Shown: positions 7,794-18,137, counted from the first letter of the stretch. The stretch is DNA of 64,000 bases from Chloroflexota bacterium (GCA_005880615.1 VBID01000114.1:471-64470); one strand, 5' to 3'. Notes: a model not told the origin generated them from the letters alone. A program made the numbers and translations.

Positions 7794-8495
7794 CTATTCC
7801 GCGGTCGGCATATGCAGGTACATGCTCTGGATGCCCACCTTGCCGGGGCCGGTGAACCGGTTCCAGATCAGCTGGCCGGAGCCGCCAAACATGCCGGTGC
7901 GCAGCCCGAACATCTGGACCTCCATCTTTACGTTCGCGTCCCGGTAGATCCAGCCACCCGGCTCCACATCGATCTGCTCGCCCTGGGCAAGCACCTTCTC
8001 GAAGACGTTCCCATAGCCATGCAGCCAGACCACGCCTTCCTGGTTTTGCGCCCGGAAGTGGTCCACGAAGAAACCGGTGGAGGCGAACAGCATGTTGGTG
8101 ACGCCCTTCTGGCGCGTGAACCCGTACTCCAGGTTGGCGGTGGCGGCCAGGAACTGGTGCTCCCGGACTTCGACCGCCTGGCCCGGCGCCAGATGGATGG
8201 GGAAGATCTGACCGGCGCCGTCACGGGAGAAGGCGATCTCGCCTGGCCCCTGGGCCTCGGTCAGAAAGACCGGCATCCCGGCGATCATGCGCTTGAACGC
8301 GCCTTTCAGCGTCTTCATGCCGATGTTCAGCTGGGGGTCTTTCCAGAGCACGACGTGGTGCTCGAAGAACACCGGGACCTGCCCGCCTAGCGTGACGTGA
8401 AGGATAGGCACCATCTCCCCCTCGATCCGGTAGCCGATCCCGGGGGCCTGGCCGTCCTCGACCCGGGTGGGGAGGAGGCGGGGCGGCTGTGGCAT
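7794..8495 (-). CDS. AIM24-family protein
   Basis: YRIEGEMVPILHV, LHGYGNVFEKVL, IDVEPG, RFTGPGKVGIQSM; ATG at 8495. Confidence 0.85.
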   Translation of the reverse strand: MPQPPRLLPTRVEDGQAPGIGYRIEGEMVPILHVTLGGQVPVFFEHHVVLWKDPQLNIGMKTLKGAFKRMIAGMPVFLTEAQGPGEIAFSRDGAGQIFPIHLAPGQAVEVREHQFLAATANLEYGFTRQKGVTNMLFASTGFFVDHFRAQNQEGVVWLHGYGNVFEKVLAQGEQIDVEPGGWIYRDANVKMEVQMFGLRTGMFGGSGQLIWNRFTGPGKVGIQSMYLHMPTAE

Positions 8496-8574
8496 GGTCA
8501 GAACGCGTAACTCGGGCGGTTCGCCATCCTTGCGGCGGCCGCAGTGAACGGGGTGGGCCCGCGTTTCAGGGGAT

Positions 8575-9162
8575 ATGGCTGCGCCGGCCGCCCAGTTCTT
8601 TCGGTCGCAGCCCAGCCGGGGAGGGCAGCTCCGCCTCTGGAGCGTCGGCCTGACCCTGGCGGCCTCGGTCGGGCTGGCGGTGGCCGCCGCCCATCTGCCG
8701 CCAGTCATTTCCTCGGGGGCGAACCTTCGCGACCCCGACCAGGTGATCTACGCCCGCAACATCTGGCAAGAGAGCCAGACCAGCCTGGTGGTGCTCGCCC
8801 TGTTCATCCCGTGGCTGGGCTACGGCCTGCTGTTGCGGGGCGCGCCCTGGGGCCGGCTAGCGGTGCTGGTGCTAGCAGGGGCCGGGGCGGCGCTCGGCCT
8901 GTGGATGACCGCGCATAGCCTCGGTCTGTATGCGGCGAAGCCAGAGTACGTGGCAGGGGTCGTCACCCGGGTTGACGGCCGGCAGATTACGCTGGCGGCG
9001 CGTCCGCCCCGGACCTTCTACCTGGTCGTCTCAGAGGCCGAACTGCGCGCGGCGCAGATCTGGGACCGGCCGGGCAACGCCGTGGGAATGTGGGTGGCGC
9101 CCAACGGCCAGGCGGGCTTCATCGGACGGCCCAGTGGTGGCAAGCCCATCCTCCAGAGCTAA
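8575..9162 (+). CDS. Hypothetical multi-TM membrane protein
   Basis: 195 aa, three hydrophobic segments and a beta-rich C-terminus; its stop codon is the MITE end. Confidence 0.7.
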   Translation: MAAPAAQFFRSQPSRGGQLRLWSVGLTLAASVGLAVAAAHLPPVISSGANLRDPDQVIYARNIWQESQTSLVVLALFIPWLGYGLLLRGAPWGRLAVLVLAGAGAALGLWMTAHSLGLYAAKPEYVAGVVTRVDGRQITLAARPPRTFYLVVSEAELRAAQIWDRPGNAVGMWVAPNGQAGFIGRPSGGKPILQS

Positions 9163-9343
9163 GCCCGGAACCACCGAAGTCGGGCTTGCATCTCGGGCGC
9201 GGATGTGGCCGATCCGGGCGTCGTCTCCTGCGCGCGCTCGGTCACGCATCGACGGATGCGCTCTCTCGCGTGCTCGTCGCCTCCTTCGGCTCGGCACACC
9301 CCGCATCCCGATCTGCGTCGCCCGATCGGTGGTTCCGGGCTTA
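9160..9343 (+). mobile_element. MITE copy 2 (perfect terminal inverted repeat, TA on both sides)
   Basis: TAAGCCCGGAACCACCGA ... TCGGTGGTTCCGGGCTTA. Confidence 0.9.
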
Positions 9344-9352
9344 GGCCCTGGG

Positions 9353-9538
9353 TCAGGCTTTGCGGGCCGCGGTCCGCAGGCAACGGGTGCAGACCATGGC
9401 CTTCCGGGTTTGCCCACCGATGGTGACCGTGGCCGGGTGCAGGTTGGGCAGGAACCGGCGCTTCGTGTGCACCTTGGAGTGGCTCACGTGGTGGCCGTAC
9501 TGAGGCCCTTTTCCGCAAATTTCGCAGCGTTGTGCCAT
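9353..9538 (-). CDS. rpmB: 50S ribosomal protein L28
   Basis: [30 protein letters not shown]. Confidence 0.97.
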   Translation of the reverse strand: MAQRCEICGKGPQYGHHVSHSKVHTKRRFLPNLHPATVTIGGQTRKAMVCTRCLRTAARKA

Positions 9539-9608
9539 TGTCTTACTCAGAGGCCTCCGTGCCCGCCCGCGCTATGATGGAGGCGAAATCAGCGGCTCAT
9601 TCTAGCAG

Positions 9609-10016
9609 ATGGAATCCAGAACCAAGCCCAGCTCGACGCCGAGAGCGAAGGCCGCCAGGACGCTGATCCAGTCCCAGGACCTGGGCCGCATCCAGGTCTC
9701 GCCCCGCGTCGTCGCCACCATCGCGGCGCATGCCGCGGCGGACTGCTACGGCATCGTGGGCATGGCCGCCCAGGGACTGCGGGAAGGCCTGGCCCAGCGG
9801 CTGCACCGCGACAGTGTGCACCGCGGCGTCGACGTGGAACTCCGTGAGGATGGGGTGGCCATCTCGCTCTACGTGATCGTGGAGTATGGGATCCGGGTGT
9901 CCGAGGTCTCCCAGAATCTGACCAACGCTGTTCGCTACTCGATCGAGCGGACACTCGGCCTGCCCGTGGTCGAGGTCAACATCCACGTCCAGGGCGTCCA
10001 CGTCACCGGGGTGTAG
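9609..10016 (+). CDS. yloU: Asp23/Gls24 family protein
   Basis: GRIQVSPRVVATIA, YVIVEYG, VNIHVQGV; rpmB-yloU-yloV synteny. Confidence 0.9.
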   Translation: MESRTKPSSTPRAKAARTLIQSQDLGRIQVSPRVVATIAAHAAADCYGIVGMAAQGLREGLAQRLHRDSVHRGVDVELREDGVAISLYVIVEYGIRVSEVSQNLTNAVRYSIERTLGLPVVEVNIHVQGVHVTGV

Positions 10017-10097
10017 CCCGTCTCCAGCACGCCTCGTCCGACGCTGCCCATCCTCGCGTGTGACGGCCATCTCTTCAAAGAGGCCCTGCAGGGTGCG

Positions 10098-11651
10098 GTG
10101 GCCTGGTTGACCGCCAACCGGGACGAGATTGATGCGCTGAACGTGTTCCCGGTCCCGGATGGCGACACGGGGACCAACATGCTCCTGACCCTCCAGTCGG
10201 CCGTGGAAGAGATCCACGGTATCGACGAAACGCACCTCGGACGGGTTGTCAAGCGGGTGGCCCACGGAGCCCTGATGGGCGCCCGCGGGAATTCGGGGGT
10301 CATCCTCTCCCAGATCTTCCGCGGAATTTCCGTCAGCGTGGAGAACCGTGCGGTCGTCGATGGGCCCGGTCTGGCCCAGGCGCTGGAGTCTGGGGCCACG
10401 GTGGCCTACCGGGCCGTTATGAAACCCACCGAGGGCACCATGCTGACCGTCGTCCGGGAGGCCGCCCATGGCGCCACCGCCCGGGCGTCCCAGACGCCGG
10501 ACATCGTGGACGTGACGCGGGCGGCGTGTGAAGCCGCGCGGGCGGCCGTGGAGCGGACTCCCGAGCAGCTCGACGTCCTGCGGCGAGCTGGGGTGGTGGA
10601 TGCCGGCGGATTCGGCCTGCAGATCATCCTGGAAGGATTCCTCAAGCGGCTGGAGGGCGAGCCGGCCGTCGCCTTCGCCCGGCCCGCCGCCCACCACGCC
10701 GCCCCGCGCGCGGTGGTCGCCCCGGAAACGGGCTGGGGTTACTGCACCGAGTTCATCATCAACGGCGCCGGGCTGCCGCTGGATGAGGTGCGAGCGGAGA
10801 TCGCCCGCCGCGGCGAGTCGGCCATCATCGTCGGAGACGAGTCGGCCATCAAGGTCCACGTGCACACCCACGAACCCGCGGTGGTGATGGCGTACGCCCA
10901 GCAGATCGGTACCCTCAGCCGGATCAAGGTCGACGACATGTCAGCCCAGCACCACCGCTTGCAGGGCGAGGCCTCGCGCCAGCCGCGAAGCCTCAAGCAC
11001 CTCGGGATCGTAGCGGTGGCCAGCGGCCGGGGCTTTCGCCAGATCCTGGAGAGCCTGGGGGTCGACTCGGTGGTCGAAGGCGGTCAAACCATGAATCCCT
11101 CAACCGAGGACCTGCTCACCGCAGTGGAGTCGGTGCCGGCTGCCGAGGTGGTGCTGCTACCCAACAACGGCAATGTGATCATGAGCGCTCAGCAGGTCCC
11201 GCCCCTGAGCGACAAGCGGGTGCGGGTGGTCCCCTCGCGCAGCCTGCCGGAGGGCATCGCGGCCTTGCTTGCCTTCGATTTCACGCAGGACCTGGAGGCC
11301 AACGCCACGGCCATGGGGCGTGCCCTGAAGGCGGTCCGCACGGTAGAGATCACGACGGCGGTGCGCGACTCCGCTGTCGATGGCCTCCAGATCCACGAGG
11401 GGGACGTCATCGGCTTGCTGAACGACCGGGTGGTGGCGGCGGGGAAGGCGCGGCCGCCGGTGATCGACCGGGTGCTGGGCCGGATCGACCCCAGCTCCGT
11501 GCAGACCATCACCATCTATGCGGGCGCGGAGGCCCCGGAGCTCGAGCGCGAAACGGTACGGCGGCAGCTGGCCGAGCGGTTTAAGAACAGCGCCGTCGAG
11601 CTGCAGGCGGGCGAGCAGGCGCTCTATCCCTACATCATTGCGGTCGAATAG
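10098..11651 (+). CDS. yloV: DAK2-domain fatty acid kinase subunit A (FakA/YloV)
   Basis: LNVFPVPDGDTGTNM, GARGNSG, VDAGG, GYCTEF, GGQTMNPS; the true N-terminus probably begins upstream, about 10020-10050. Confidence 0.93.
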   Translation: MAWLTANRDEIDALNVFPVPDGDTGTNMLLTLQSAVEEIHGIDETHLGRVVKRVAHGALMGARGNSGVILSQIFRGISVSVENRAVVDGPGLAQALESGATVAYRAVMKPTEGTMLTVVREAAHGATARASQTPDIVDVTRAACEAARAAVERTPEQLDVLRRAGVVDAGGFGLQIILEGFLKRLEGEPAVAFARPAAHHAAPRAVVAPETGWGYCTEFIINGAGLPLDEVRAEIARRGESAIIVGDESAIKVHVHTHEPAVVMAYAQQIGTLSRIKVDDMSAQHHRLQGEASRQPRSLKHLGIVAVASGRGFRQILESLGVDSVVEGGQTMNPSTEDLLTAVESVPAAEVVLLPNNGNVIMSAQQVPPLSDKRVRVVPSRSLPEGIAALLAFDFTQDLEANATAMGRALKAVRTVEITTAVRDSAVDGLQIHEGDVIGLLNDRVVAAGKARPPVIDRVLGRIDPSSVQTITIYAGAEAPELERETVRRQLAERFKNSAVELQAGEQALYPYIIAVE

Positions 11652-11672
11652 GGAAGCCCGGACCTACCGGGC

Positions 11673-11987
11673 TTAAACCAGCAGCTGATACAGGTTGGCG
11701 GCCACACCCACGGCGGTCAAGCAGGCCCCGATGCGGAAGGCCTGCCAGACGCGCGGTCGCCGGTACTGGAGCATCATCAGGACTCCCAGGAGCACCGCGA
11801 TGGCGACGCCCTTCACCGCGTAGGCTGCCAGCTCGCCCTGCGACCCCACAATGGGCGCCATGATGCTGTTGAGCTCCGGGTGGCTGAGTCGGAGGCCGAT
11901 GTGGGTGGTGATGATATCCAGCGCCTGAAATGCCAGGAAGGCGACCACGATCACCGCCTGGGTTCGAATGGACGGGGCCTTCACCAT
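11673..11987 (-). CDS. Small membrane protein, DUF5658-like
   Basis: LDIITTHIGL..ELNSIMA; TAACGT 11 nt before the ATG. Confidence 0.7.
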   Translation of the reverse strand: MVKAPSIRTQAVIVVAFLAFQALDIITTHIGLRLSHPELNSIMAPIVGSQGELAAYAVKGVAIAVLLGVLMMLQYRRPRVWQAFRIGACLTAVGVAANLYQLLV

Positions 11988-12101
11988 TCCGTACCGATAC
12001 GTTAAACGTGGCCCCTTTCGACCCCCGCGACGCCCCGGTCGCGGGGCTGTCGACGTCCGGCACGTCGTATTCGCGCCGAACTCGTGGCTATACTCGTGGG
12101 C

Positions 12102-12932
12102 GTGGTCCGGATTGTTACGGATTCCACGGCCGCCATCCCTGCCGCGGACCAGCAGGCGATGGCAATTACAGTCGTCCCCCTTAACGTTCATTTTGGCGAC
12201 CAGGTCTTCCGTGATGGGATCGACCTCTCCGAAGCCGAGTTCTTCACTCGCCTAAAGGCGTCGCCTCGCCTGCCAACCACGTCGCAACCGTCGGTGGGCG
12301 CCTTCGAAGAGGTCTTTCGTCCTCTTCGGGAGGCAGGCGATGAGGTCCTGTCGGTCCACCTGTCGGCCAAGCTGTCGGGCACCTTCGGCGCGGCTCGCAT
12401 GGCGGCCGACGCGGTTGATCCCGAGCACATCACGGTGGTGGACTCGGGGACCGTCGCCATGGCCATGGGCTTCCTGGTGCTGGAGGCGGCGCGGCTCGCC
12501 CGGCAGGGTGCGCCGCGGGCCGCCATCACCCAGCGGGTGGAGCACCTCCTCCCCCGCGCGCGGGTGATCTGCACCATCGATACGCTGACCTATCTCGAGC
12601 GCGGCGGCCGGATCGGACGGGCGCAGGCGCTGCTGGGCGCGCTCCTCAACGTCAAGCCGCTGCTGGGCGTCACCGACGGCGAGGTCCTGCCGCTTGGGCG
12701 AGCGCGCAGCCGCGCCCAGGCGCTCGACCGGCTGGTCGAGATCCTGCAGCGGGACGGGAAGCTGTCCCACCTGGCGGTGCTGCACGGCGGGGCCGAGAAC
12801 GACGCCCTCAAATTGCGTGAGCGGGTGGCCAGCCGCTATCCGGAGCTCACCATTCCGCTGGCCGAAATCGGGCCGGTGATCGGTACCCATACCGGGCCGG
12901 GGGTCATTGGGTTCACCTACCTCACGGCTTAA
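12102..12932 (+). CDS. DegV-family fatty acid-binding protein (FakB-like)
   Basis: IVTDST, TTSQPS, LSAKLSGTF, GGRIG, GTHTGPG; TATACT 7 nt before the GTG. Confidence 0.93.
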   Translation: MVRIVTDSTAAIPAADQQAMAITVVPLNVHFGDQVFRDGIDLSEAEFFTRLKASPRLPTTSQPSVGAFEEVFRPLREAGDEVLSVHLSAKLSGTFGAARMAADAVDPEHITVVDSGTVAMAMGFLVLEAARLARQGAPRAAITQRVEHLLPRARVICTIDTLTYLERGGRIGRAQALLGALLNVKPLLGVTDGEVLPLGRARSRAQALDRLVEILQRDGKLSHLAVLHGGAENDALKLRERVASRYPELTIPLAEIGPVIGTHTGPGVIGFTYLTA

Positions 12933-15003
12933 GCCCGGGCTACGGGTTATTACCGGCGGTCCGGCGCTGGACCAGCCGATCACGGTGCTGGGCGGCATCA
13001 AGGAGAAGACGGGCGAAAAGCTCCAGCGGCTGGGCATCGCCACCATCGAGGACCTGCTCCTGCACTTCCCGTTTCGCCACGAGGATTTCAGCCGGGTCAC
13101 GCCCATCGGCTTCGTCAAGCCCGGTGCCAAAACCACCATTCGCGCGCGCGTATACAGCGTCAGGGCTGGGCTGACGCGATACCGCCGGATGCGGCTGACC
13201 GAAGCCGAGCTGTCCGACGGAACCGGGAAGCTCCGGGCAGTCTGGTTCAACCAGCCGTGGGTGACCAAAGCGCTCGAAGGAACGACCGAGATCTTCGTGG
13301 CCGGCACGGTCGAGCGCGACGGTGCCGGGCTGGTGATGAAAAGTCCGCTCTATGAGCGCGTCTCGTCGGATCCGCGCCATGCCGGCCGGCTGGTGCCGAT
13401 CTACCACGAAACGGCCGGCCTCACCTCGCGCTGGCTGCGGGAAAAGATCCAGGCGATCCTGCCCCTGACGGAGCGCCTGGAGGAATTCCTGCCAGAGGCG
13501 GTGCGGGAGCGGCACGGCTTCCTGCCTCGCGGCGAGGCGGTGCGCGAGATGCATTTTCCGGCGACGGCTCAGAGCCTCGATCGGGCCCGGGCCCGGTTGG
13601 CCTTCGAGGAGATGTTCCTGGTGCAGATGGCGGCCCAGCTGGCCAAACGCGCGCGTCAGCGGGAGAAGGGCTACGCGATCGCCTTCGACCAGCCGGCGGC
13701 GCGGGCGTTCGTGGCGGCGCTGCCGTTCCGGCTGACCACGGCCCAGCGGCGGGCCGCCTGGCAGATCCTGCAGGACATGGAGCGCCCGGTCCCCATGAAC
13801 CGGCTGCTGGAAGGCGAGGTGGGCTCCGGCAAGACCGTGGTGTCGGCCATGGCGATGCATCATGCGGCGGCGGCGGGCTTCCAGTCGGTCCTGCTGGCGC
13901 CCACCGAGATCCTGGCGCGCCAGCATGCGGATGTGGTGGAGGGCCTGCTGCGGCCATTTGGGGTCACCATCGCGCTGCTGCTGGGCAGCACGCCGACCAC
14001 CCAGCGAGAACCGATGCGGGAGGCGCTGGGGTCGGGCGGCATTGCCATTGCCATCGGCACCCACGCGCTGCTCGAAGAAGGCATTCGGTTCCAGCGGCTG
14101 GGGCTCTGCGTGGTGGACGAGCAGCATCGCTTCGGCGTCCAGCAACGATTGGCCCTGCGCGGCAAGAGCGAGCGGCCGCCCCACTTCCTGACGATGACCG
14201 CCACCCCCATTCCACGGACGCTGGGGCTCACGCTGTACGGCGATCTCGACATCTCGGTAATCGACGAGCTTCCCGTCGGCCGCCAGCCGGTTGAGACTCG
14301 GTTGGTCAAGCCCGAGGAGCGGGACGAGGCCTATGGCTTCGTGCGCGCCCAGATCGCCGCCGGCCGCCAGGTGTTCGTGATCTGTCCCATCATCCAGGAG
14401 TCGGACAAGCTCGGGGTCCGTTCAGCCACCGCCGAGTTGGAGAAGCTCCGCGCGGAGGTGTTTCCGGACCTGGCCGAGCGCATCGCCCTTATCCACGGCC
14501 GGCTGAAAGCCGCCGAACGGGAGGCGGTGATGGCGCGGGTCCAGCGCGGCGAGGTGGCTATCCTGGTGGCCACCTCGGTGGTCGAGGTGGGGATCGACGT
14601 GCCGAATGCCACCGTGATGCTGATCGAAGGGGCGGAGCGCTTCGGGCTGGCCCAGCTGCATCAGTTCCGCGGTCGCGTCGGCCGCGGGGCCCACGCCGCC
14701 TTCTGCCTGCTCTTCACAGACCTCGAGGATCCCGAGAACCTGCAGCGGCTGCAGGCGGTGATCACCCACCGCAGCGGCTTCGAGCTCGCCGAGATCGACC
14801 TGCGTCTGCGCGGCATGGGGGAGCTGTATGGGGAGCGGCAGCACGGGTTCGACCTGAAGGTGGCGGACCTGTTCGACCTTCAGCTCGTCAGGGAAGCCCA
14901 GGGCGAGGCGCAGCAGGTGCTCGACGCCGACCCCACCCTGGCGCACGACCCCGTCCTTCGCCGTCGCCTTACTTCTTACCGCCGGGTCTTCGCCCTGGAT
15001 TAG
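12907..15003 (+). CDS. recG: ATP-dependent DNA helicase RecG
   Basis: LLHFPFRHED, GEVGSGKT, VDEQHRFG, MTATPIPRT, QLHQFRGRVGRG; start uncertain. Confidence 0.96.
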   Translation: MGSPTSRLKPGLRVITGGPALDQPITVLGGIKEKTGEKLQRLGIATIEDLLLHFPFRHEDFSRVTPIGFVKPGAKTTIRARVYSVRAGLTRYRRMRLTEAELSDGTGKLRAVWFNQPWVTKALEGTTEIFVAGTVERDGAGLVMKSPLYERVSSDPRHAGRLVPIYHETAGLTSRWLREKIQAILPLTERLEEFLPEAVRERHGFLPRGEAVREMHFPATAQSLDRARARLAFEEMFLVQMAAQLAKRARQREKGYAIAFDQPAARAFVAALPFRLTTAQRRAAWQILQDMERPVPMNRLLEGEVGSGKTVVSAMAMHHAAAAGFQSVLLAPTEILARQHADVVEGLLRPFGVTIALLLGSTPTTQREPMREALGSGGIAIAIGTHALLEEGIRFQRLGLCVVDEQHRFGVQQRLALRGKSERPPHFLTMTATPIPRTLGLTLYGDLDISVIDELPVGRQPVETRLVKPEERDEAYGFVRAQIAAGRQVFVICPIIQESDKLGVRSATAELEKLRAEVFPDLAERIALIHGRLKAAEREAVMARVQRGEVAILVATSVVEVGIDVPNATVMLIEGAERFGLAQLHQFRGRVGRGAHAAFCLLFTDLEDPENLQRLQAVITHRSGFELAEIDLRLRGMGELYGERQHGFDLKVADLFDLQLVREAQGEAQQVLDADPTLAHDPVLRRRLTSYRRVFALD

Positions 15004-15181
15004 CCGGCCTGGCGTCGGGGGCTGGGGGGGCTTGGGTTTCGGCGCGTCGAAGCCGGCTGGGCAGGCTCAGCAACCAGCCCAGGGCCAGCCCGGCACCCAC
15101 TGGGACGAGGATGACGAGGATGATGCCGACCAGCCAGGCGATGGGATCGAGCACCGTCGCAGCAAGGAGGGCAGCATCCAA
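14969..15181 (-). CDS. Candidate 70-aa single-TM protein
   Basis: MDAALLAATVLDPIAWLVGIILVILVPVGAGLALGWLLS followed by a basic tail; TAAACT 8 nt before the TTG; fills the recG-rsmD gap. Confidence 0.55.
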   Translation of the reverse strand: MDAALLAATVLDPIAWLVGIILVILVPVGAGLALGWLLSLPSRLRRAETQAPPAPDARPANPGRRPGGKK

Positions 15182-15205
15182 ACGGATCCAGTTTACTGTG
15201 GAGCG

Positions 15206-15769
15206 ATGGCTGCCCCTGGCACCCGCATCACCGCCGGGACGCATCGCGGGCGGATTCTCAAGACGCGGGCCGGGCTCGAGACCCGCCCCACCACCGCCCT
15301 GGTGCGCGAGGCCCTCTTCAACATCATTGGGGCCAGTATCGAGGGGGCCACGGTGCTGGACCTCTTCAGCGGGGGCGGCACGCTGGGCCTCGAAGCCCTC
15401 TCCCGCGGCGCTGCGCGGGTGACCTTTGTGGATCGGGCACAAGCCTGTGCTACCATCGTGGCGGAAAATTTGGCGGCCACCGGGTTCGCCCAGCGCGCGG
15501 AGGTCCATTGCGCCGACGCCCTCGATTGGCTCAAGGCGCATCGAAGCGACCTCTCCGCTTTCAACCTGATCCTGCTTGACCCGCCCTACCGATCGACCGC
15601 AATGGCCGAGACACTCCAGCGCCTCGATAGGCTGCCACTCCGACCGGAGGCGCTGGTGGTTGCCGAGCATCATCGCTTGGCGTCGATTCCGGCACTCGAG
15701 CGCCTGCAGCCGCTGCGCCAGCACGACTACGGGTCAACGCGGTTGAGTTTCTTCCGGTATCCAGGATGA
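15206..15769 (+). CDS. rsmD: 16S rRNA m2G966 methyltransferase
   Basis: RITAG, RPTTALVREALFN, LDLFSGGG, LDPPY. Confidence 0.93.
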   Translation: MAAPGTRITAGTHRGRILKTRAGLETRPTTALVREALFNIIGASIEGATVLDLFSGGGTLGLEALSRGAARVTFVDRAQACATIVAENLAATGFAQRAEVHCADALDWLKAHRSDLSAFNLILLDPPYRSTAMAETLQRLDRLPLRPEALVVAEHHRLASIPALERLQPLRQHDYGSTRLSFFRYPG

Positions 15770-16260
15770 CCACCGCGCTGTATCCGGGGAGTTTCGATCC
15801 GGTCACCCTCGGCCATCTCGACATCCTCGACCGGTCGGCGAGCATCTTCGACCGGGTCGTGATCGCGGTCCTGGAGAATCCCAGCAAGGAGCCCGTTTTT
15901 TCCGCGGCAGAACGGGTGCAAATGATCCGCGACAGCCTGGGCGAGCGGAAGGGCATCGAGGTGGGGACCTTCAATGGGCTGACCACCGATTACGCACGCC
16001 AGGTGGGCGCGGGCGTGATCGTCAAAGGCTTGCGCGCCGTCTCCGACTTCGAGTCGGAGTTCCAGCAGGCGCTGATGAACCGCCGCCTCTTTCCGGAAGT
16101 CACGACGGTCTTCATCCCCACCAGTCTGCGCTACCTGTTTCTCAGCTCCAGCCTGATCAAGGAGCTGAGCGCCTTCGGCGGCGACATCTCGGAATTCGTT
16201 CCTGCCCCCGTCGCGCGCCGCCTGGGCGATCGCTTCGGTCAGAGGAGAAAAACCCCATGA
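15766..16260 (+). CDS. coaD: Phosphopantetheine adenylyltransferase
   Basis: YPGSFDPVTLGH, KGLRAVSDF, LSSSLIKE. Confidence 0.97.
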   Translation: MTTALYPGSFDPVTLGHLDILDRSASIFDRVVIAVLENPSKEPVFSAAERVQMIRDSLGERKGIEVGTFNGLTTDYARQVGAGVIVKGLRAVSDFESEFQQALMNRRLFPEVTTVFIPTSLRYLFLSSSLIKELSAFGGDISEFVPAPVARRLGDRFGQRRKTP

Positions 16261-16730
16261 ACGTGCACGAAACCATCGACCGCATCGAATACCTGGTCAC
16301 CCACAGCCGGCGGATCCCGCTCACCCGCTCGGTGGCGATCGACGAGGACGAGGCGATGGAGCTGCTCGACGCCCTTCGCCTCAACCTGCCCGACGAGATC
16401 AAGCAGGCCCGCTGGACCGTCCAGGAATCCCAGCGGCTGCTCGCCGAGGCCCAGGCCGAAGCAGCCCGCTTGACGGGGCAGGCGACGGATCGGGCGCTCA
16501 ACCTGATCAGCCAGCACGAGCTGGTCCGGCGGGCCGATAAGCAGGCGGAGACGCTGCTCCGGGACGCGACCCTGCGGGCCGAAGAGATCCGCCGGTCCGC
16601 CGATGCCTACGTCCTGGAGGTCATGCAGAACCTGGAAGCCCAGCTGCTAGCGGCCATGGGCACCGTGCAGAAGGGCCTCGAGGTCCTTCGTCCGGAGCGG
16701 ACCGAAGCCAAAGCTGCCGCGCGCCGCTGA
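16257..16730 (+). CDS. Conserved coiled-coil protein of the type often found after coaD
   Basis: RRIPLTRSVAIDEDE, LPDEIKQA, heptad-rich; ATGA overlap. Confidence 0.8.
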   Translation: MNVHETIDRIEYLVTHSRRIPLTRSVAIDEDEAMELLDALRLNLPDEIKQARWTVQESQRLLAEAQAEAARLTGQATDRALNLISQHELVRRADKQAETLLRDATLRAEEIRRSADAYVLEVMQNLEAQLLAAMGTVQKGLEVLRPERTEAKAAARR

Positions 16731-16735
16731 GCCTC

Positions 16736-17968
16736 TTGCGCTCCCGGCTGGTCCAGCGGTGGCGCGACTTCAGCCCGGACGCCCGCCGGCTCCTGGTCTA
16801 TTCCTTCCTGGGTTTTGTCGCCTTCGCGGTCTTCGGTCTGATCTTCAACCTTTATATGAGCGCGCTCGGCTTTCGCAACGATGTGATCGGCGTCTTCAAT
16901 GCCCTGCCCGCCGCGGTCGTGCTCCTGGTCGGGTTGCCCATGGGGGCCTTGGCCGATCGCTTTGGCTATCGCCCGTTCATCCTGGTGGCCAGCGCCGGCG
17001 GCGTGGGAGGGGCCATCGCGCTGGGTCTGGTCTCGGCGCGGCTGCCGGCGGTGCTGGCCGCCGGACTGTTCGCGCTCTCGACCACGATCGTGGGCGTGCT
17101 GGGGGCGCCGCTGCTGGCCCAGCTCAGCCGGCCCGACGAACGGGTGGTCCTGTACTCGGTCCAGAACTCGCTGTCATGGGTGGGAAGCCTGCTGGGCTAC
17201 CTGGTGGGGGGGTATGTGCCGGAGCTCAACGCCAGGCTGACCCACACGGGGGCCGGCAGCGCGGCCTCGCTGCGGCGGGCATTCCTGGTGATGGCCGTGC
17301 TGGAAATGATCAGCCTACCCTTTGTCGTCCAGCTGGCCGCCTCGCCACGGCTGCGGGCCAGCGCGGCGATGCCGGTACGGATGCTCCTCAAAGTCGACTG
17401 GCGTCGCTTCCTTCGCGTCCTCATCCCCCAGGCCCTGCTGGGCATTGGGGCCGGCATGCTCCTCAACTTCCTGCAGCTCTACCTGGCGCAACGCTTTCAC
17501 CTGACGCCGGGACCGATCGGCCTGGTGCTGGCGGTGGGCGCCTTGCTGGCCACCGGCGTCACGCTGACGGTGCCCGCGGTCAGCCGGGTGTTCGGCATCA
17601 CCCGCACCATCGGGGTCAGCCAGCTGTGTGGGGCGCCATTGATCCTGGGCATCGCCTTCACCACTAGCCTGCCGCTGGCCATCCTCGCCATCTACGTGCG
17701 CCAGTCCTTCCTGAACATCCAGGCACCGCTGAGTCAACTCTTCGGCATGGAGGTGGTGAGCGAGCAGGAGCGTGCCCGAATGGCCAGCGCCCAGAACGTG
17801 GTCTTCAGCCTCGGCTTCGCCGGACTGGGACCCTTGATCAGCGGGCTCTTGCAAGTGCGGGGCGGCTTCCAGCTGGCGTTTTCCGTGAGCGCGCTCTTCT
17901 ACCTGCTGGCCGGGAGTACCTTCCTCCTGTTGTTCGGGCGGCTTCGGCTCCCCTCCGAAGCCCACTAG
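16736..17968 (+). CDS. MFS transporter
   Basis: GALADRFGYRP motif A; about 12 TM segments. Confidence 0.92.
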   Translation: MRSRLVQRWRDFSPDARRLLVYSFLGFVAFAVFGLIFNLYMSALGFRNDVIGVFNALPAAVVLLVGLPMGALADRFGYRPFILVASAGGVGGAIALGLVSARLPAVLAAGLFALSTTIVGVLGAPLLAQLSRPDERVVLYSVQNSLSWVGSLLGYLVGGYVPELNARLTHTGAGSAASLRRAFLVMAVLEMISLPFVVQLAASPRLRASAAMPVRMLLKVDWRRFLRVLIPQALLGIGAGMLLNFLQLYLAQRFHLTPGPIGLVLAVGALLATGVTLTVPAVSRVFGITRTIGVSQLCGAPLILGIAFTTSLPLAILAIYVRQSFLNIQAPLSQLFGMEVVSEQERARMASAQNVVFSLGFAGLGPLISGLLQVRGGFQLAFSVSALFYLLAGSTFLLLFGRLRLPSEAH

Positions 17969-17978
17969 GCTGTTCAGC

Positions 17979-18137
17979 TCAGACCGCGCCAGCAAGCCCG
18001 CTCTGCTGTCGAACGCGACTCAGATCCTGCCACGCCACCGTGCCGTACGCCGGCATGACGAGCAGGGCCAGGAAGATGACCACCCCGGTGAGCGTGAGGT
18101 AGTTACGGGCCGTCCTGTCAGGGTTCGCGTACGTCAC
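17979..18137 (-). pseudogene. Membrane-protein fragment (52 aa), probably a remnant
   Basis: (KLDIDGQIE)VTYANPDRTARNYLTLTGVVIFLALLVMPAYG; in-frame TAG 8 codons upstream of the GTG. Confidence 0.3.

Noticed and set aside
10014-10016. In-frame TAG between yloU and yloV as pyrrolysine or readthrough fusion
   Set aside because: These are normally separate genes and no pyl machinery is visible; a non-canonical start is the simpler explanation.
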